From positions 62,001 through 115,356 of the forward strand of contig KZ538341.1 of NCBI GenBank assembly GCA_000934665.2: 53,356 bases of DNA. Direction: 5' to 3'. The DNA comes from Catajapyx aquilonaris (lineage: Eukaryota). This document shows positions 28,824 to 53,356 of this stretch, piece by piece; within the stretch, counting starts at the first letter, position 1; each line of letters starts with the position of its first letter. The position numbers were made by a program, and so were the translations under genes. The notes under the pieces are model-generated. The model saw nothing but the letters and a program-made list of their open reading frames with translations. It searched no databases and was not told the origin of the DNA.

Positions 28824-29706
28824 GGATTTTGTCGACTTGTCAATAGATGCTTTTTACAACGTGTGTGATGTTTTTTTGCGATGCGTGGTATTCGTGAGTT
28901 GTTGGTGGGTTTTATTAAAGGCTCCTTCTCTGAAGGTAATTGCGGGTAGCCCCTGTGGCACCTGTCGCCAACATGTCAATCTTCCTTTCTTGTCTCAGGC
29001 CAAGATGCGTGCCGGTATTTTAGCTGGAATTTGGCATTACCACACTTTTTGAACGGTGAAACCGTGCCAAGTTTCCAGGCCGGTGCAGGGGGGGGGGGGT
29101 GCATTGCACAATTGCTTACCTCCATTCTATTACACTTATCGGTCCATTTGCGCCGGTCGTTAAAAAATAAACATGGGCGTAAAAAATATTAATAACTTCC
29201 TTCGGGTGATGCACGGTCAAGGTGAGTCGCTCGGATACAGTGAACCCCCTTTTTTGCACTCTTCGCTGTCTGAAACTAGTAAACCCGTTGCCAAAAATTT
29301 GGCAGAACCTATACAGCGTGACAATCAAACATCTTGAATGAGATGGCCCGCCGATTCACCACGTAGTGATGTTCTTCAAGCATAGATGGCGCATATACTC
29401 CACTTGCGCACCCCTGCCACCTTCAGGTCGATGGCGATACTATCCGGATGGACAAACATCCGACAGAGAGATAAGCCGATTATGGGTGTCCACTTTCATA
29501 CATTTATTTGGAAACTCTGGAACGCTGAATTGGAGACCACCGGGTGGTGTGTAATGAAGGCCACAGGACACGTGCGTTTCCGACACGCTTGGTTCGGTAT
29601 CCTGCTGTGTCATACCTGTTTTTGCTCACGTTGTCTGCACACGACCCGACCGGAGCGGCGCACGGTGCAAGCCTCGTCTCTGGACCGACTATTGGGGACA
29701 CTCGAC

Positions 29707-29758
29707 TCAGTCTGTCTCTTGCTCATTTTTTTTTTTCTATACCGTCCCATCCCGTAAG
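29707..29758 (+). promoter_or_regulatory. Possible alternative TSS/first exon
   Basis: TCAGTC (arthropod Inr-like) in a CpG-rich patch, followed by AAG/gtgagg donor ~650 nt before the 30415 acceptor. Confidence 0.25.
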
Positions 29759-30414
29759 GTGAGGGGAGTTTAAAGAGTTTTCTGCCTGGGAAGTTATTTC
29801 GGGCAGAAGAGTGAGNGAGGAAGCTGCGGGCGCGGGGCAGACTTGCGGTTTGCGTGGAAATGCTGACGCCATCAGCTTAGAGCCTACCCCCCATTCTATT
29901 CCTGAGCTCTGCTCTTGCCGGTACATTGTTACGCCATGGACGCGGGAGACGTGTTGTCAGTGCCTGGTGCTGATGGTGGATCGACCATTGTTGTGCGGGC
30001 TGGTTTTATGTGAAGGATTTTTTTAAAAAAAGTGTGGGATGTGCTCGTGAATTTGTGTGTGTGCTGATCGCGAGTGAATTTGGCGATTGCGAGACTTGAC
30101 CGGAATCCTCGTAATTCCCTCCCCCCCCTCCCCCCAGGGCATTGTTCTTTGTGTGTGCGCTTCCGGAAAAGTGTGCCGGTAGTTGCCCTAGGTCCAGGGA
30201 AGGTTTTCGCGTGCTGCAACATTAAAGCCCCCGTCTCTCCACCTCTCCCCCAACTGCCTGTTGTATTGTCATGACGGCGGTCGTTTGCCTTTTTTTGGTG
30301 AGAACAGGTGCCACGGCATGTCCACCCACCCGACTGTCTGATGTATAATGTCATTGGGATATAATGGGAACTAGGCCTTTCCGTTGCTGACTGCTCTTCT
30401 CTCGATTGTTGCAG

Positions 30415-30469
30415 ATCCGTGGAGCAGTCTAGATGCTCAACATAAGCAGCTCATCGTTCTCTAGAGCAG
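30415..30469 (+). other. Candidate PMCA 5'UTR exon (55 nt)
   Basis: gctgac branch-like site plus ctgctcttctctcgattgttgcag acceptor; consensus CAG/gtgagt donor. Confidence 0.55.
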
Positions 30470-31590
30470 GTGAGTGTTTCCAGTATTTTTTTATTGTGTT
30501 TTGGGTGCACCCTGTACTGTACCCCTCCTCCCCACACAACCTTCGAAGCTCCGCTAGACCATGGCAAAATACTTCTCACGCCGCATCTTTTTACTGGGGC
30601 GCAATGTATTTTTAAAACCGCGGGCATGTACATCGGCGGAGGGGGTACATGGCACAAGAATATTGTCCCATGAATGACCAGCTACTGTGCGTGTTTATGG
30701 CCCTGGGTCTTTTTTGTTTTGTTTTGTTTTGAAGGCCGGTCCTTTTTTCATGGATTGGAATGCATAAATCCGGAATGTAGGCGGAAGGTTTACACGACAT
30801 TTGCCAGCCAGCCTCCTCCCATGAACTACAAATAGGCGGGAATAGAATCGGGTTGGGGGGGGTGGTTTTGTAGTGTTGGGAGGGACCTTGACTAACACGG
30901 CATTATACTATTTATTTGTTTAAATTTTTTCTCTCTCAACCCCTCGGTTACTCCCACGCCTTGCAGTTCCTGGCCCGCTCTTTTTTGCATAGTGCGTGTG
31001 GCTGTAATACCAAGGGGGGAAGGGACTGTTAGAACATACTGCTGTTCTCTCCTCCTCTGGTCTATTTCTGGGCGAGCGTAACGCTTGGCTGTTGCCGTCA
31101 CCTACACTATCTCCGGCGTTTTTTCGAGGGAGGGGGGGGGGGGCATTGTGTGATGGCTGCCTACCAAAACTGTCACCGCTGAAACATTGGGAGAAATCTT
31201 GCGACACATGAAATATTATATTCGCAGTAGAAAAACCCTCGCTTCGCTCGCTTTTTTTAAATGCCTGCTGCCTGGGTGGAGGACCTATTGTTAATCTCCT
31301 TCAATTATACTAATAGTATCATTCGAAATGCCATACATTTCTACATCCGTGCATGAGGCCTTTTATTTTTATTTTTTTATTTTTTTTTACATACCCAGCG
31401 GCACCATCTCTGGTTGAGGGTGTAACGTTAGCCCTCGAGCGGTCTTCGAACGGCCCGATTAGTGAGAACACGTCCGTCCTGCGTCCGATGTTCCATGAAC
31501 TCAACTGTTTACTGACTAGGTCAACAACTTCACAGTGGCTCCCAACTTACTAACAATACAGCTAGGGGACGGGTGTGGGTCAGGTGTGGA

Positions 31591-31841
31591 CGCGTCTTGC
31601 TATCCTTGTGAGGAATTTTTTACGCGTTTTTCCTATCCTTGTGAGGAATTTTGTCATTACGAGGTAGTTTTCCTGTACCTCATAGTGAACACACGCCTCA
31701 CAAGGATAGGGTAAAATCGAAACAATACCTCATAAAGACAGTAAAAATATATTTCACCAAAATTTCGTGGGTTTCCTTGTAGGTTAGGTTAGTTTTAAAT
31801 TTTTAAATTTTGGGAAAACCTCACAAGGATAGGAATGCGCG
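31591..31841. mobile_element. MITE-like element with four copies of a 14-bp terminal motif
   Basis: CTATCCTTGTGAGG at 31600 and 31633; reverse complement CCTCACAAGGATAG at 31696 and 31819; cgcg at both outer ends; internal aggttaggttag. Confidence 0.75.
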
Positions 31842-34800
31842 CCTATGTGGGTGGACGGGAGTGACGACACGTGGTGTTAACTCGTCGACAGCCATCTAGC
31901 GACTGAGGAGTTCCTCCACCCATTGCGCATGCGCTGAACGTGGGCCAGTCGAAAGCTTCGCGGTAACAATACACGGGGGCCAATCGGAAGCGTGGCAGTA
32001 ACGACAATAATGCGGTGGACCAATCAGAATGCATATACAAACAACGCAATGATTTTAATATTATAAAAAGTAGATAGATACGATTGCAGCTACTGAAGGA
32101 TGAATGTTCAGCTCCTGGGAAATATTTTGAACCCGCAGTGTTTGTTTGGCATGGCGAAGGGATCATTTTGAGGTGATGCTTTCCTCGAGAATTTCTTAAC
32201 ATTTTCCGTAATGGATTGCTCCCTCTTCGCCCCCCAAAAAAGAGCGACATGTTTTTCGTTCGGTTCTTTCGCTCAGACTCTCTCTTTTTTCTATTTCGTT
32301 CCTCTATATTTCTATAGTTGCTCTCTCTCTCTCTCTCTGAGGGAGTCTATAAAATAGTCCGAGGGAAAGGTCAAGGCTAATCCGATACAGTTAACCAAAG
32401 TTGAACCGCAGTCCTTTCCCAGAAAACGCTCCGTACTTGGTATATACAGTACAGCAACATGCCCGGTGCGTAAATAGGGTATACATATACACAGAAAGCC
32501 TTTGTCGCCAGATCTGACACAGGACAAGATTAGCGACCTTTAACGTCGTTAGTCTGCGCACCTGCCTCCATTATAATCTAATCAACGGAAGTTGTCCGGC
32601 ATTAATTTGGGGCCATGAAGATTGGAGGTGGGGGAGGATCGTGGGGGCTGGCAGTGGCAAAGTGCAGGGGTCATCTCGCCGCGGGTCATTTATTTCGCCG
32701 AAAATGGTTCAAATTACTATTGCTTCGGACACGGCATGATTGACGAGTGCGGGCGACTTTGGATATAATTCCGGATTTATACTGGAGAGACTGCTGGACG
32801 GTTTAAAAGAAGTTGCATTCCACTTCTCTCTGAACGTCCACTGCATTAGCAAAATCCGATGATGGGATGGGTGATGGTGGGTTACACTGCATGTAAATTA
32901 GGCTTAGCGTCGGCTATTCGTCAAATAAAATAATTTGATGTCATAATTAGTGACCGCACGCACATGTGTGCGCCGATAGTCCGCTTTTTTTTTTCCAATC
33001 CGATGAAAAGCCTGATCGAGCTGCATTGGGGAGGGGTCGAGCTTTGAATATATCCTGGTTTCGGCAGTGGCTACAATTACTGGGCCGCAAAATACCGTTA
33101 TATAGTTTGATAGTGCGGGGTGGGGCTCTTTTGAAAGCGAGTTGGGTCGGGTGGGTTATAGAGGTCGTTGCCGATGAAGCACAGGCTGTGCAATACCTAT
33201 ATGTAAGCTGATGCCTCCAGATAACATCCAATCAGACCTATATAGCTTGGAGAGTAGGTTCACACAGTGATGGAGAGAGAAAAAGGTGGGTGTGGAGAGC
33301 AGGATTTGGAGCGATTAGTTAGAAAGAGAAAATATTTGGGTAAGGGGGGGGGGGGNGGGAGCAGAGGATGTTTTCTCTCTCTATCGGCAAATGGGCAGCT
33401 TCCGGGTCAGAAAACAAGCCAGTGTCGTCACTATGGCAGTTTCCTACGAGCTCCTGATAGCATATATGCTTCAGACGAAAATTTCATTCAAAAATCTCTG
33501 GCTATAGAAGCATTCATTCAAACCTTGAATTGCAATTAATTGCCAAAACTTACAGGTATTGCCGGTGACAATTTCTTGGGGGCGCCCGATGGACTTGATG
33601 AGATAACTGCATTATGAACATGTTTGGAATTAACTGCTTAACAATATATTTATAAGCACCTTAGTACCACACAAAGCCACCAGCTGAAGCGTATCGGTTT
33701 TCCTGCGTGATAACACTCAAAGATCCTCTCTGGCGCCTGATTGATCAATAGCACGTCATAATTTTTTTCCACATTAAATATTAATAATAATAATTGGACG
33801 CTCCAAGAGAGATGCCGGAGGTGGCCGGGGAAGAGTGTCCTCCAAACACCCCTATAGAGCCTAATGAGAACAGGTTCACATGGCATGTAACAATAGGCGG
33901 CAGGAAGTTTGCTGAATTCATGAAATCGGACACGCCAGTATTTTTGCCTACTGCTGAGATATAATGGGCGTTGGTGTCATGCTCCTCGTTCGTTTGCGGT
34001 CAACTCTGATTATTATGTGGCATTTTACTACCATGCAGAGTAGCTTTTATTCTGAACTGGGCGGAATTGTAGTAGTGGCCCTGGCTGTGCATTTTTCCAA
34101 AGGCGAGTTACGGACCGCAGAAATTCTATAACTAGTTCAGGGAAACAGTCGTTTGTCTTCCCCCTATGTTATTACCTGGTGGCAGTTTCCAGTAAAGAGG
34201 TAGGGGGGGGGGGGGAAGCACCGAGTTTTAAAGCAGTTTGGCAAAGAAAAAGGCGGAACTTGACTGTTACTGCCCGCCAAGGTTATGAGCACGGTTTTTT
34301 TCTCTCTCTCTCGGGGGCGTGGAATTTTTTAGAGCACTATTGGCAAGATAGTGCGGAAATTTTGGTTGGAACAACGCGGCACTTTGGGTCCATAGATATT
34401 AAAGCCACCTTTAATATCTATGTTTGGATCGTTAAAAGGCAGAATTGCTTGGTGCTTTTTAAATAAATTTTTTAAAGACTGTGTCCGATTCTGCCATTTG
34501 TTGCAGGTCAAGGTGTGCCGCGTTGCTCTACTTCCGCGTTTCGGATTTATTAGCATTATAAGGCCGCAGCTATATAAGCTAGGTGCATTGTATGCGTCGC
34601 ATGTGTACTGGCACCTGTCAGCAGGGGCACTGCCTGCCATTCATTCACAGCAGAGTCAGGGGGGGATGAAAAGTGTGACTAGTTTTGCACCCCACAGGAT
34701 GTTGTATACCAGTCTTGTCTGCTGTCACTTTGGGAAAACAATCGGCTGGAGGTACATGGAGTTCAGTGCTGCTGTGTGCAGGATTATTCCTGATGGATTC

Positions 34801-37800
34801 CGGAAGTGATTTTTTTTGGGGTTTCCTGTTGCAACTTCTTTTTTTTTTTTGTGTGTGTGTGTGTGTGGCGACCCATTCGAAATCATTATTCCGTTTGTGC
34901 CTATTATTTTGAGGTCCCGGATCTTGATGAGAATTCCTTCCCCGATAAGAATTTTATGCGAAGTATCGACCTTTTTTTCCCCCCCCCCCCGCCTTCCTTT
35001 TCCTTTCTTTTATTTTTTGGGAGGGTGCCCCGCCGGTTATATCCCCCCATGTCACGCATGTGGACATGCAAAGACGTGCATAGACACGAGTCAAGAACCC
35101 CCCCCCGGTGTATGGCTCGTGTGCACACGATAAAATATTCCGATTGTTTTTTTGCCGGAATATAACATGAGCTCGATTGTTTCCAACATGTGCCTATCTC
35201 GCATGAAGTTGGAATGTTGCAGGTTGTACCATTCACAAGCCTTGTGTTTCAGAGTTCGCGGCTTTATGTAATTAAATACATGGTATAACACCGTGTACGA
35301 GGTGATTCAGATTGTATCTGAACTATGCAATAAGTACAGGGTGGTGCATTGCCCAAGTTTCTATTGTTCAGGTCCACTCTACTATATATACAGTCAGCGT
35401 TTAAACTGAAGAGAAGCAACACACTTGTTGGACACAATCGACGCTCATTTTTCCACAATATTTTGTGGCTGTCATGAAATTGAATCGATTTATATTTTTG
35501 TTGTATTTATAGCAGGTAACCGGTGCAGTTCTCGTCGAATTTTGTCATAATATGCCCAGTCCGGCAATAATAACCGTTATCAGTCTGTGATTCCTTATTG
35601 CGCGAATGTTATCGTGTTACATGTGCTTGATAACTGTGTTTTTTATTTTCTTCTTCTTCAAATGCATTTGACCTTTTTCTTTCTTTCGCGGTGTTATTCT
35701 GAGGTTATAAGGATTTCTTTTTTTTGGTGGGTGGTGTGTAGGGGCAGGCTGGATTTTTCTATATGGGTCTTCGGGGGGTTGATCGATATTGGCGGCGCCA
35801 CTTGCCTTTAGGTTCAATCCACTAATGGCGAAAAGAAGGACTGGTGAAAAAAAAAGGTCTCCTTTTCATCCATTTTCCACCCCAGCACCTTTAAAACATA
35901 GCGTGCAACTTTAGTTTGGGTTGGGGGTTGTGTGTGTGGAGATCGCCCACATCCTGGAATTTGTCAATGGATCTTTTGGATAGACTGCTTGAACGTCCTG
36001 GGGGGGTGTTGTACCGGGGGTATATACTGTTGATGACTTGTTTTCCACCTGGCCCTATATACCTCATTTCCATTTTACCACGTTGTACTGCACACTCTCG
36101 GGCGTTGACAAGAGGACAGATGTGTCGTGATGGGTGTGACTGGTGCGTGGCAGGTGTGTTGCACAATACAAGTTGCCAACAGCAGTGGAGGTCAACAGAT
36201 GTCATAATAATAATAACAATAAATTAATAACAATACCGGTAACAACAATAATTAAATTAATTAAACGTGGAATTGGAATTTATTGACCCTCAACCGCCTA
36301 GTTGGTACATCACTGATTTGCTCCGTTGAACTATTTAATCGCGATAAGGCGGCAAACAAATAGGTCGATATCTTTTTCTGCTTGTTCGAAGGCTAATGAC
36401 GTCTGTACATGTGGTACAGTAAGTTTTTTTTTTCTTCCTTCTTCTTCTTCTTCTTCTCTCTCTCGTTATAACCGGTGTAACTTCATGGAAAGAGCTTGCT
36501 GTGCACATTTGCCAGTTTTCTCATTAGGCTGCTCATTTTTTTTTGATGTGTTACTTGAACTGGCTTCTGTTAGAGATTATAGAGTTTTATCGGTGCTGCT
36601 ACATATGGTATTCTTTGTAAATTGCTGAAGGATGATTGGAAGTTGAAGTCTTATATCCGCCAACAGTTTGTGGACTCGACGCAGTGTAATTAAGTCCTTC
36701 TGGCAACGTGGCGGCAGCGGTTTTTGCGAGCCCTTTAATTTTTTTTAATGCGACGGAGAAATAATTGCCTAATTTATCGCCCATCACAAATCCCGATGGT
36801 CCATAACTTCCAGCGTTTCCTCTCTCTCTCTTTTTTTCAATCAGCTAAGAAGCAGCCTGCCTCCTCCATCCTGTGTGCTATAAGGTTGTTCTTCACAAGT
36901 GTCGTGTGCAAAATTTGCACAGGGTGCCCCCCTTTTTTTGCGAAGTGTATCATCCCAATAAGATCCCTTATAACGATGCCTTAGTGCCACAAGTAATATC
37001 AGAAATTCATGAGCGGGGGGAAATTAGCATGCCTAAAAATGTGCATCTCATCAATATTGATGGCCTGTTTTTTTTTCTCTCTCTCTCCCTTCTTTTGGCG
37101 AGGAAAAAACAGCAAGGTTTGATGGATTATCCGGTAATATTTCACGGGCCTCGTCTTCCTTTCCCATTGGTCAGGTATAGAGCAGGTGCGGCTACGTGTA
37201 ATGTTGCAATTGACGCATGTGTCTTCCTCTGTCGGTATATATAAACGGGGCCACAGCCACGTGTGGTGTACACGCTGGATATTAATGAACCTTTTTTCCA
37301 GATCGGTACTTAATGCATTCTTTTATGTGGTGCTCGACACAACCACGATTAATGGACGCCGGTATTGCAGAATCAATTGCTCGGAACCTCGCTATACTAA
37401 AACCCCAGCTGTTGCGCGGTATATTTTAACAAGTGGCGTAATCAGGCGTTGCACTATACTCCTTTTTCTTCGGGGGACGCAGCAATGGTATATGTGCTGT
37501 GGACTAATTACTTTGCCTTCCGGATGAAGTCCTCTGGAGCTTGCTCGTTTCCATATACATGATTAACGATGCGACAATACATCTGGATGACTTGCTTATT
37601 GGCTCATTGTGTGGGAAGGGAATTCCAGGGGAAATGTAAAGTTGGACTAGCGACAAGCGCGTTGTTGGGAAATGTAGGTGATAAAGGTCCCGTTTTAAGC
37701 TGCGTTGATGACGCCCCCCGATGACTCGGTTCTTGGAGGAGCGTCATCATCGGCAAACTGGCCCCAGACAGTTTTCCTCATTTCCGGCGCGGGAACTGGG

Positions 37801-38794
37801 CCAAAACTATACACTCGACGACTAGATCTGACTATTTCGCCGGCAGCCAACAACGAACGTCCCTTATTGACACTATCGTTCCCGCCGTATAGTTTTCTTG
37901 GTGGGGCTTTCGGTTACGGAAGTGTCGGTCAGTATACTGGTAAATTTTGTGGGCCCTAAATCTCGATAGAAATGTAAGGCTCGGTTGCATGGCTTACATG
38001 TGTTCAGAGAAATTGCGGTAAAATGTGATGCAATTTTTAGCTTGGAAATTCGGTAAAAAAATTATTTCGGATTTTTTTTTTCCCCTGCCCCTCCACAGTT
38101 TATTAATAGGTCTTAGGACATTTTTGTCCGGCTGAGCGCAACCGAGCACGGGGACGTTGGCATAGCATTTTTAAGCCCCATTCATCCGCATTTTACAGCT
38201 GGACGAGCACACTAAGGCTCTTGCGAAACATAATTTCCCAAAGAGTGTTGACGCACTCGGTACAGTGCACGCGGAATAATTCGAGTGAACATCAGCGGGC
38301 TCATAAAATGTCGAAAGTAATGGGCCAATTTATTGACCTTCCCTCATAATACTGTAAAATTGGTCTTGTATTTTTTTTTTCTTCCTCTTCTCTGTCACGA
38401 GGTTAAAGGAGGTGGTGGTGGGTGAGCATATACCCCCCTCCTCTTTCGCAAGATTGACCGGTTTGACTGGTCGTCGTCAGCTGTCAGGGTCATTCGCGAA
38501 GTAAGTGCCGCCAGATGCTGGTTGAGCGGACGATATATCGGCCGGAAGCACAGTTTGTGCGATATTTGACTGCATTATCAAAAACTGGGCCTGTTGGGAG
38601 GAGGAGGAGGGGCGTTTTAGTTTAGTTGGTAGAGCATCATCAGCAGGAAGAGGAAGTCTGACTACGACCACCACCACTATAGTGTGACGTTTTTGTGTGT
38701 GTGTGTGTGATTCACGGTCACCAGAGTTTTTCTGTATACTTGATTCTCCTTTCCTTATCCCTATCAGGCTGATTTATGACCAGCGCAGGTCATC

Positions 38795-51040
<12,246 letters not shown>

Positions 51041-51683
51041 GTAAGTACAACGCTCTTGGACCCCCTGCATGAGGCATGTGCACACCAAACGAAAAATAAT
51101 AAATCGGATCGGTTTTTCACTTCTTGTGAGAGAGGATCTACATCCCCCCCCCCCCTCCCTCCCTACTTTTATGATACATTGAAAAGAATGAGGGAGGAAA
51201 AGGAGAAGGTGAGGCAAATAAAGTGATTGCCTGCATATATATGAGAAGTGAACAGTTATATTTTAGACATCACAGCTGCTTGTGGTGGCATTCAATATTT
51301 ATTGAAGTGCTAGTTGTTTAAGCTCAATTTTTACGTACTGCCGTCCAGTATTTGAAAAATACTCTGTCTACGGTGTGTGATTTGCGTTGAGAGGACATTT
51401 TTATGTGGTGTCATGAAATAAATATACTAAATATGTGTGTGTTGCTTTTCCCTGGCGTTGGTGTGTTTTAACGAGAATGCCAGAAGTGTATGGAGATTGT
51501 TTATTCGGCAATCGCAACAATGACACTAGTTAACAAGAGCGAGTCCACTCCAGGGTTCCAGATCCCGCATCCTGTGAAGAACCTTGACTTCCTGTCTTCC
51601 TGACCTTCCAACCTTGTTCCTCAGACCACCTGGAGAAAGCATGGTAGGAGCATCATGCTGCAAAGAAGTAAAAAAACAAAAAA

Positions 51684-51812
51684 GGAGGTGGATTCATCAA
51701 AATAATATCGTAAGTCAAACTGGTCATAACCATAGTTAGAATAATTAACTAACTATTTTTATGACCGGTTACGACGAAAATTTGACTTACGACATTTGAT
51801 GAATTCACCCCC
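51684..51812. mobile_element. 129-bp fold-back MITE
   Basis: ggaggtggattcatcaaa/tttgatgaattcaccccc; tcgtaagtcaaa/tttgacttacga; ctggtcataa/ttatgaccgg; atagttag/ctaactat. Confidence 0.75.
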
Positions 51813-53283
51813 AGGATTTGAAAAATTAATTCCGCGTTTACATGTGAGCAATTCGCTCATGATGAGCATCGCTTTGTTTGTGGTGATTGTAATAATGTAT
51901 TTTCGCCCCAAACAGTTGGTTTCATCACTGAGCGAATCCGGTCACAGGCGAACTCGGCCAAATGAGTGAGGGAGTAACTTCATGGTGTCAAAAGCACAAG
52001 AAGAAACTCAAAAATTTGTTTTAAAAGATATTATTGCTTGCATTTTTGTTGCTGTCATTTTCCATTCGAGGATTTTAAAGGCGTTAGAACTCAGCGAGTA
52101 TTTTTTCAGTTCAAATTTACGGCGTGGTTGCACCGTCTCCGGAACAATTTGTCGGTTGAAAAGGGAGCCTAAAAGTTTGGTTGTTTCATTGTTGGCAGTT
52201 TCGTTGACAACAATAAATAACAAACATTTCTGAAGGCCCGTTTTCAGCTGACAAGTTTTTCTGGAGGCGGTGCGACTGGACCCTCGCCTCGGCCAGATTG
52301 TGTAATAGATATTAATTCAGAGAGACTCATTCATTGTAGGTGACAGTGTTCCGAACAATTATTATTGACAGAGATCAATATTGCTTGGCATAGATTTACT
52401 CTCTTTCGCACAGTCCAGCCTGTATATTTGTCAGAACATTTTAAAGTCATGGCAATAATTATTATTAGCTTGTGAGCGAGAACCGCCTATAACCTGTTCC
52501 AGAATAATTGTTGCCATGATGCACAATAATTCACAGTGGAGGTTGATCCTTGTAATAACAAGTGAAAAAGAACTACTATGAGGATGGGAAACACGGAACT
52601 CAGTAAAGCAAAATCGGGTTAGAGTATGCATGTTATTAAGTGTTGGCTAGTTTTTATGGCAATATTTAATAACGAGCACAATCCAGATGGCTTAGATTTA
52701 CCAAGTTCAGTGCTCTGGTCCTACACTGGCTGGCACCTGAGCACCTGGTGAAGTTAGATCACATTTAAGCAGCTTGTACGATTTGACGAGCGACGACATT
52801 GCTGAGTAACCTGAGTAACCAGTATTGTTTGAGGCGAAAATCAATTGTTACTTTCGGAGGTACCTTAGCGTTGTCATTGCTCGTCAAAGAAACAATGCCA
52901 TTCAAGTTGGTGGCAGGTGTAATAAATTCAGAAAAATTCGGTTTTACTAGTAGTGCGAAACCAATAGAAATAGTTTCAATAACTGAGCTTGTTTCTCATG
53001 TAAGGTGCCTATTTTTGTCGATCAACAAAAGGTCTGTGACAGTGGCAACTTAAAAAAAAAAAAATTAAACCCAGGCCCACAAAGTAAGTTTCCCAAAACC
53101 GAATTATAATTTCACAAGTTTGTAATTTGTCAAATGGTTACCTGAAGGTGATTAGAATGTGAAGGATGTGGGCTAATACACGTTGTTGTGCAATTGAACA
53201 TAATCACTAGTAGAATATAATTATAATTCCCTGTGGAAAATGGAAGAATGGACTTTTTCAGTGTGACAGTGACGTATCCTTAA

Positions 53284-53356
53284 GGCCCATTCACACAGGC
53301 CGTCGACGGTTTTGGTTTTAGTTCTCGTCGACGCCGCGGACCAATCAGAGCGGGCC
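53284..53356. mobile_element. Probable left end of a PIF/Harbinger-like MITE, truncated by the window
   Basis: TAA|GGCCCATTCACAC resembles Harbinger-type termini; partner TIR not visible. Confidence 0.4.

Noticed and set aside
38453..38500. Possible extra 5'UTR exon (ttcgcaag|...|gtaagt)
   Set aside because: Good donor but weak AAG acceptor; cannot be distinguished from chance.

Overview
Eukaryotic, intron-rich genomic DNA, very probably from an arthropod; no prokaryotic features. The dominant feature is a + strand plasma-membrane Ca2+-ATPase gene (PMCA/ATP2B, P-type IIB). I reconstruct 15 phase-consistent GT-AG coding exons from ATG 38795 to 51040 (3161 nt, about 1053 codons, N-terminus through TM10). 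The canonical calmodulin-binding tail exon is not recognisable in the window. The preceding ~38 kb is non-coding and holds candidate 5'UTR exons, a possible divergent - strand gene at the left edge, several MITE/Helitron-type elements and about 20 long G/C homopolymers. The most interesting signal is in the intron between coding exons 2 and 3 (42237-45448): an array of frame-preserving 6-, 9-, 9- and 15-nt candidate microexons, partly tandem-duplicated, plus one copy that has lost its acceptor. They would diversify the first extracellular (TM1-TM2) loop, outside the classical PMCA splice sites A and C. All splicing calls come from sequence signals alone and need RNA evidence.
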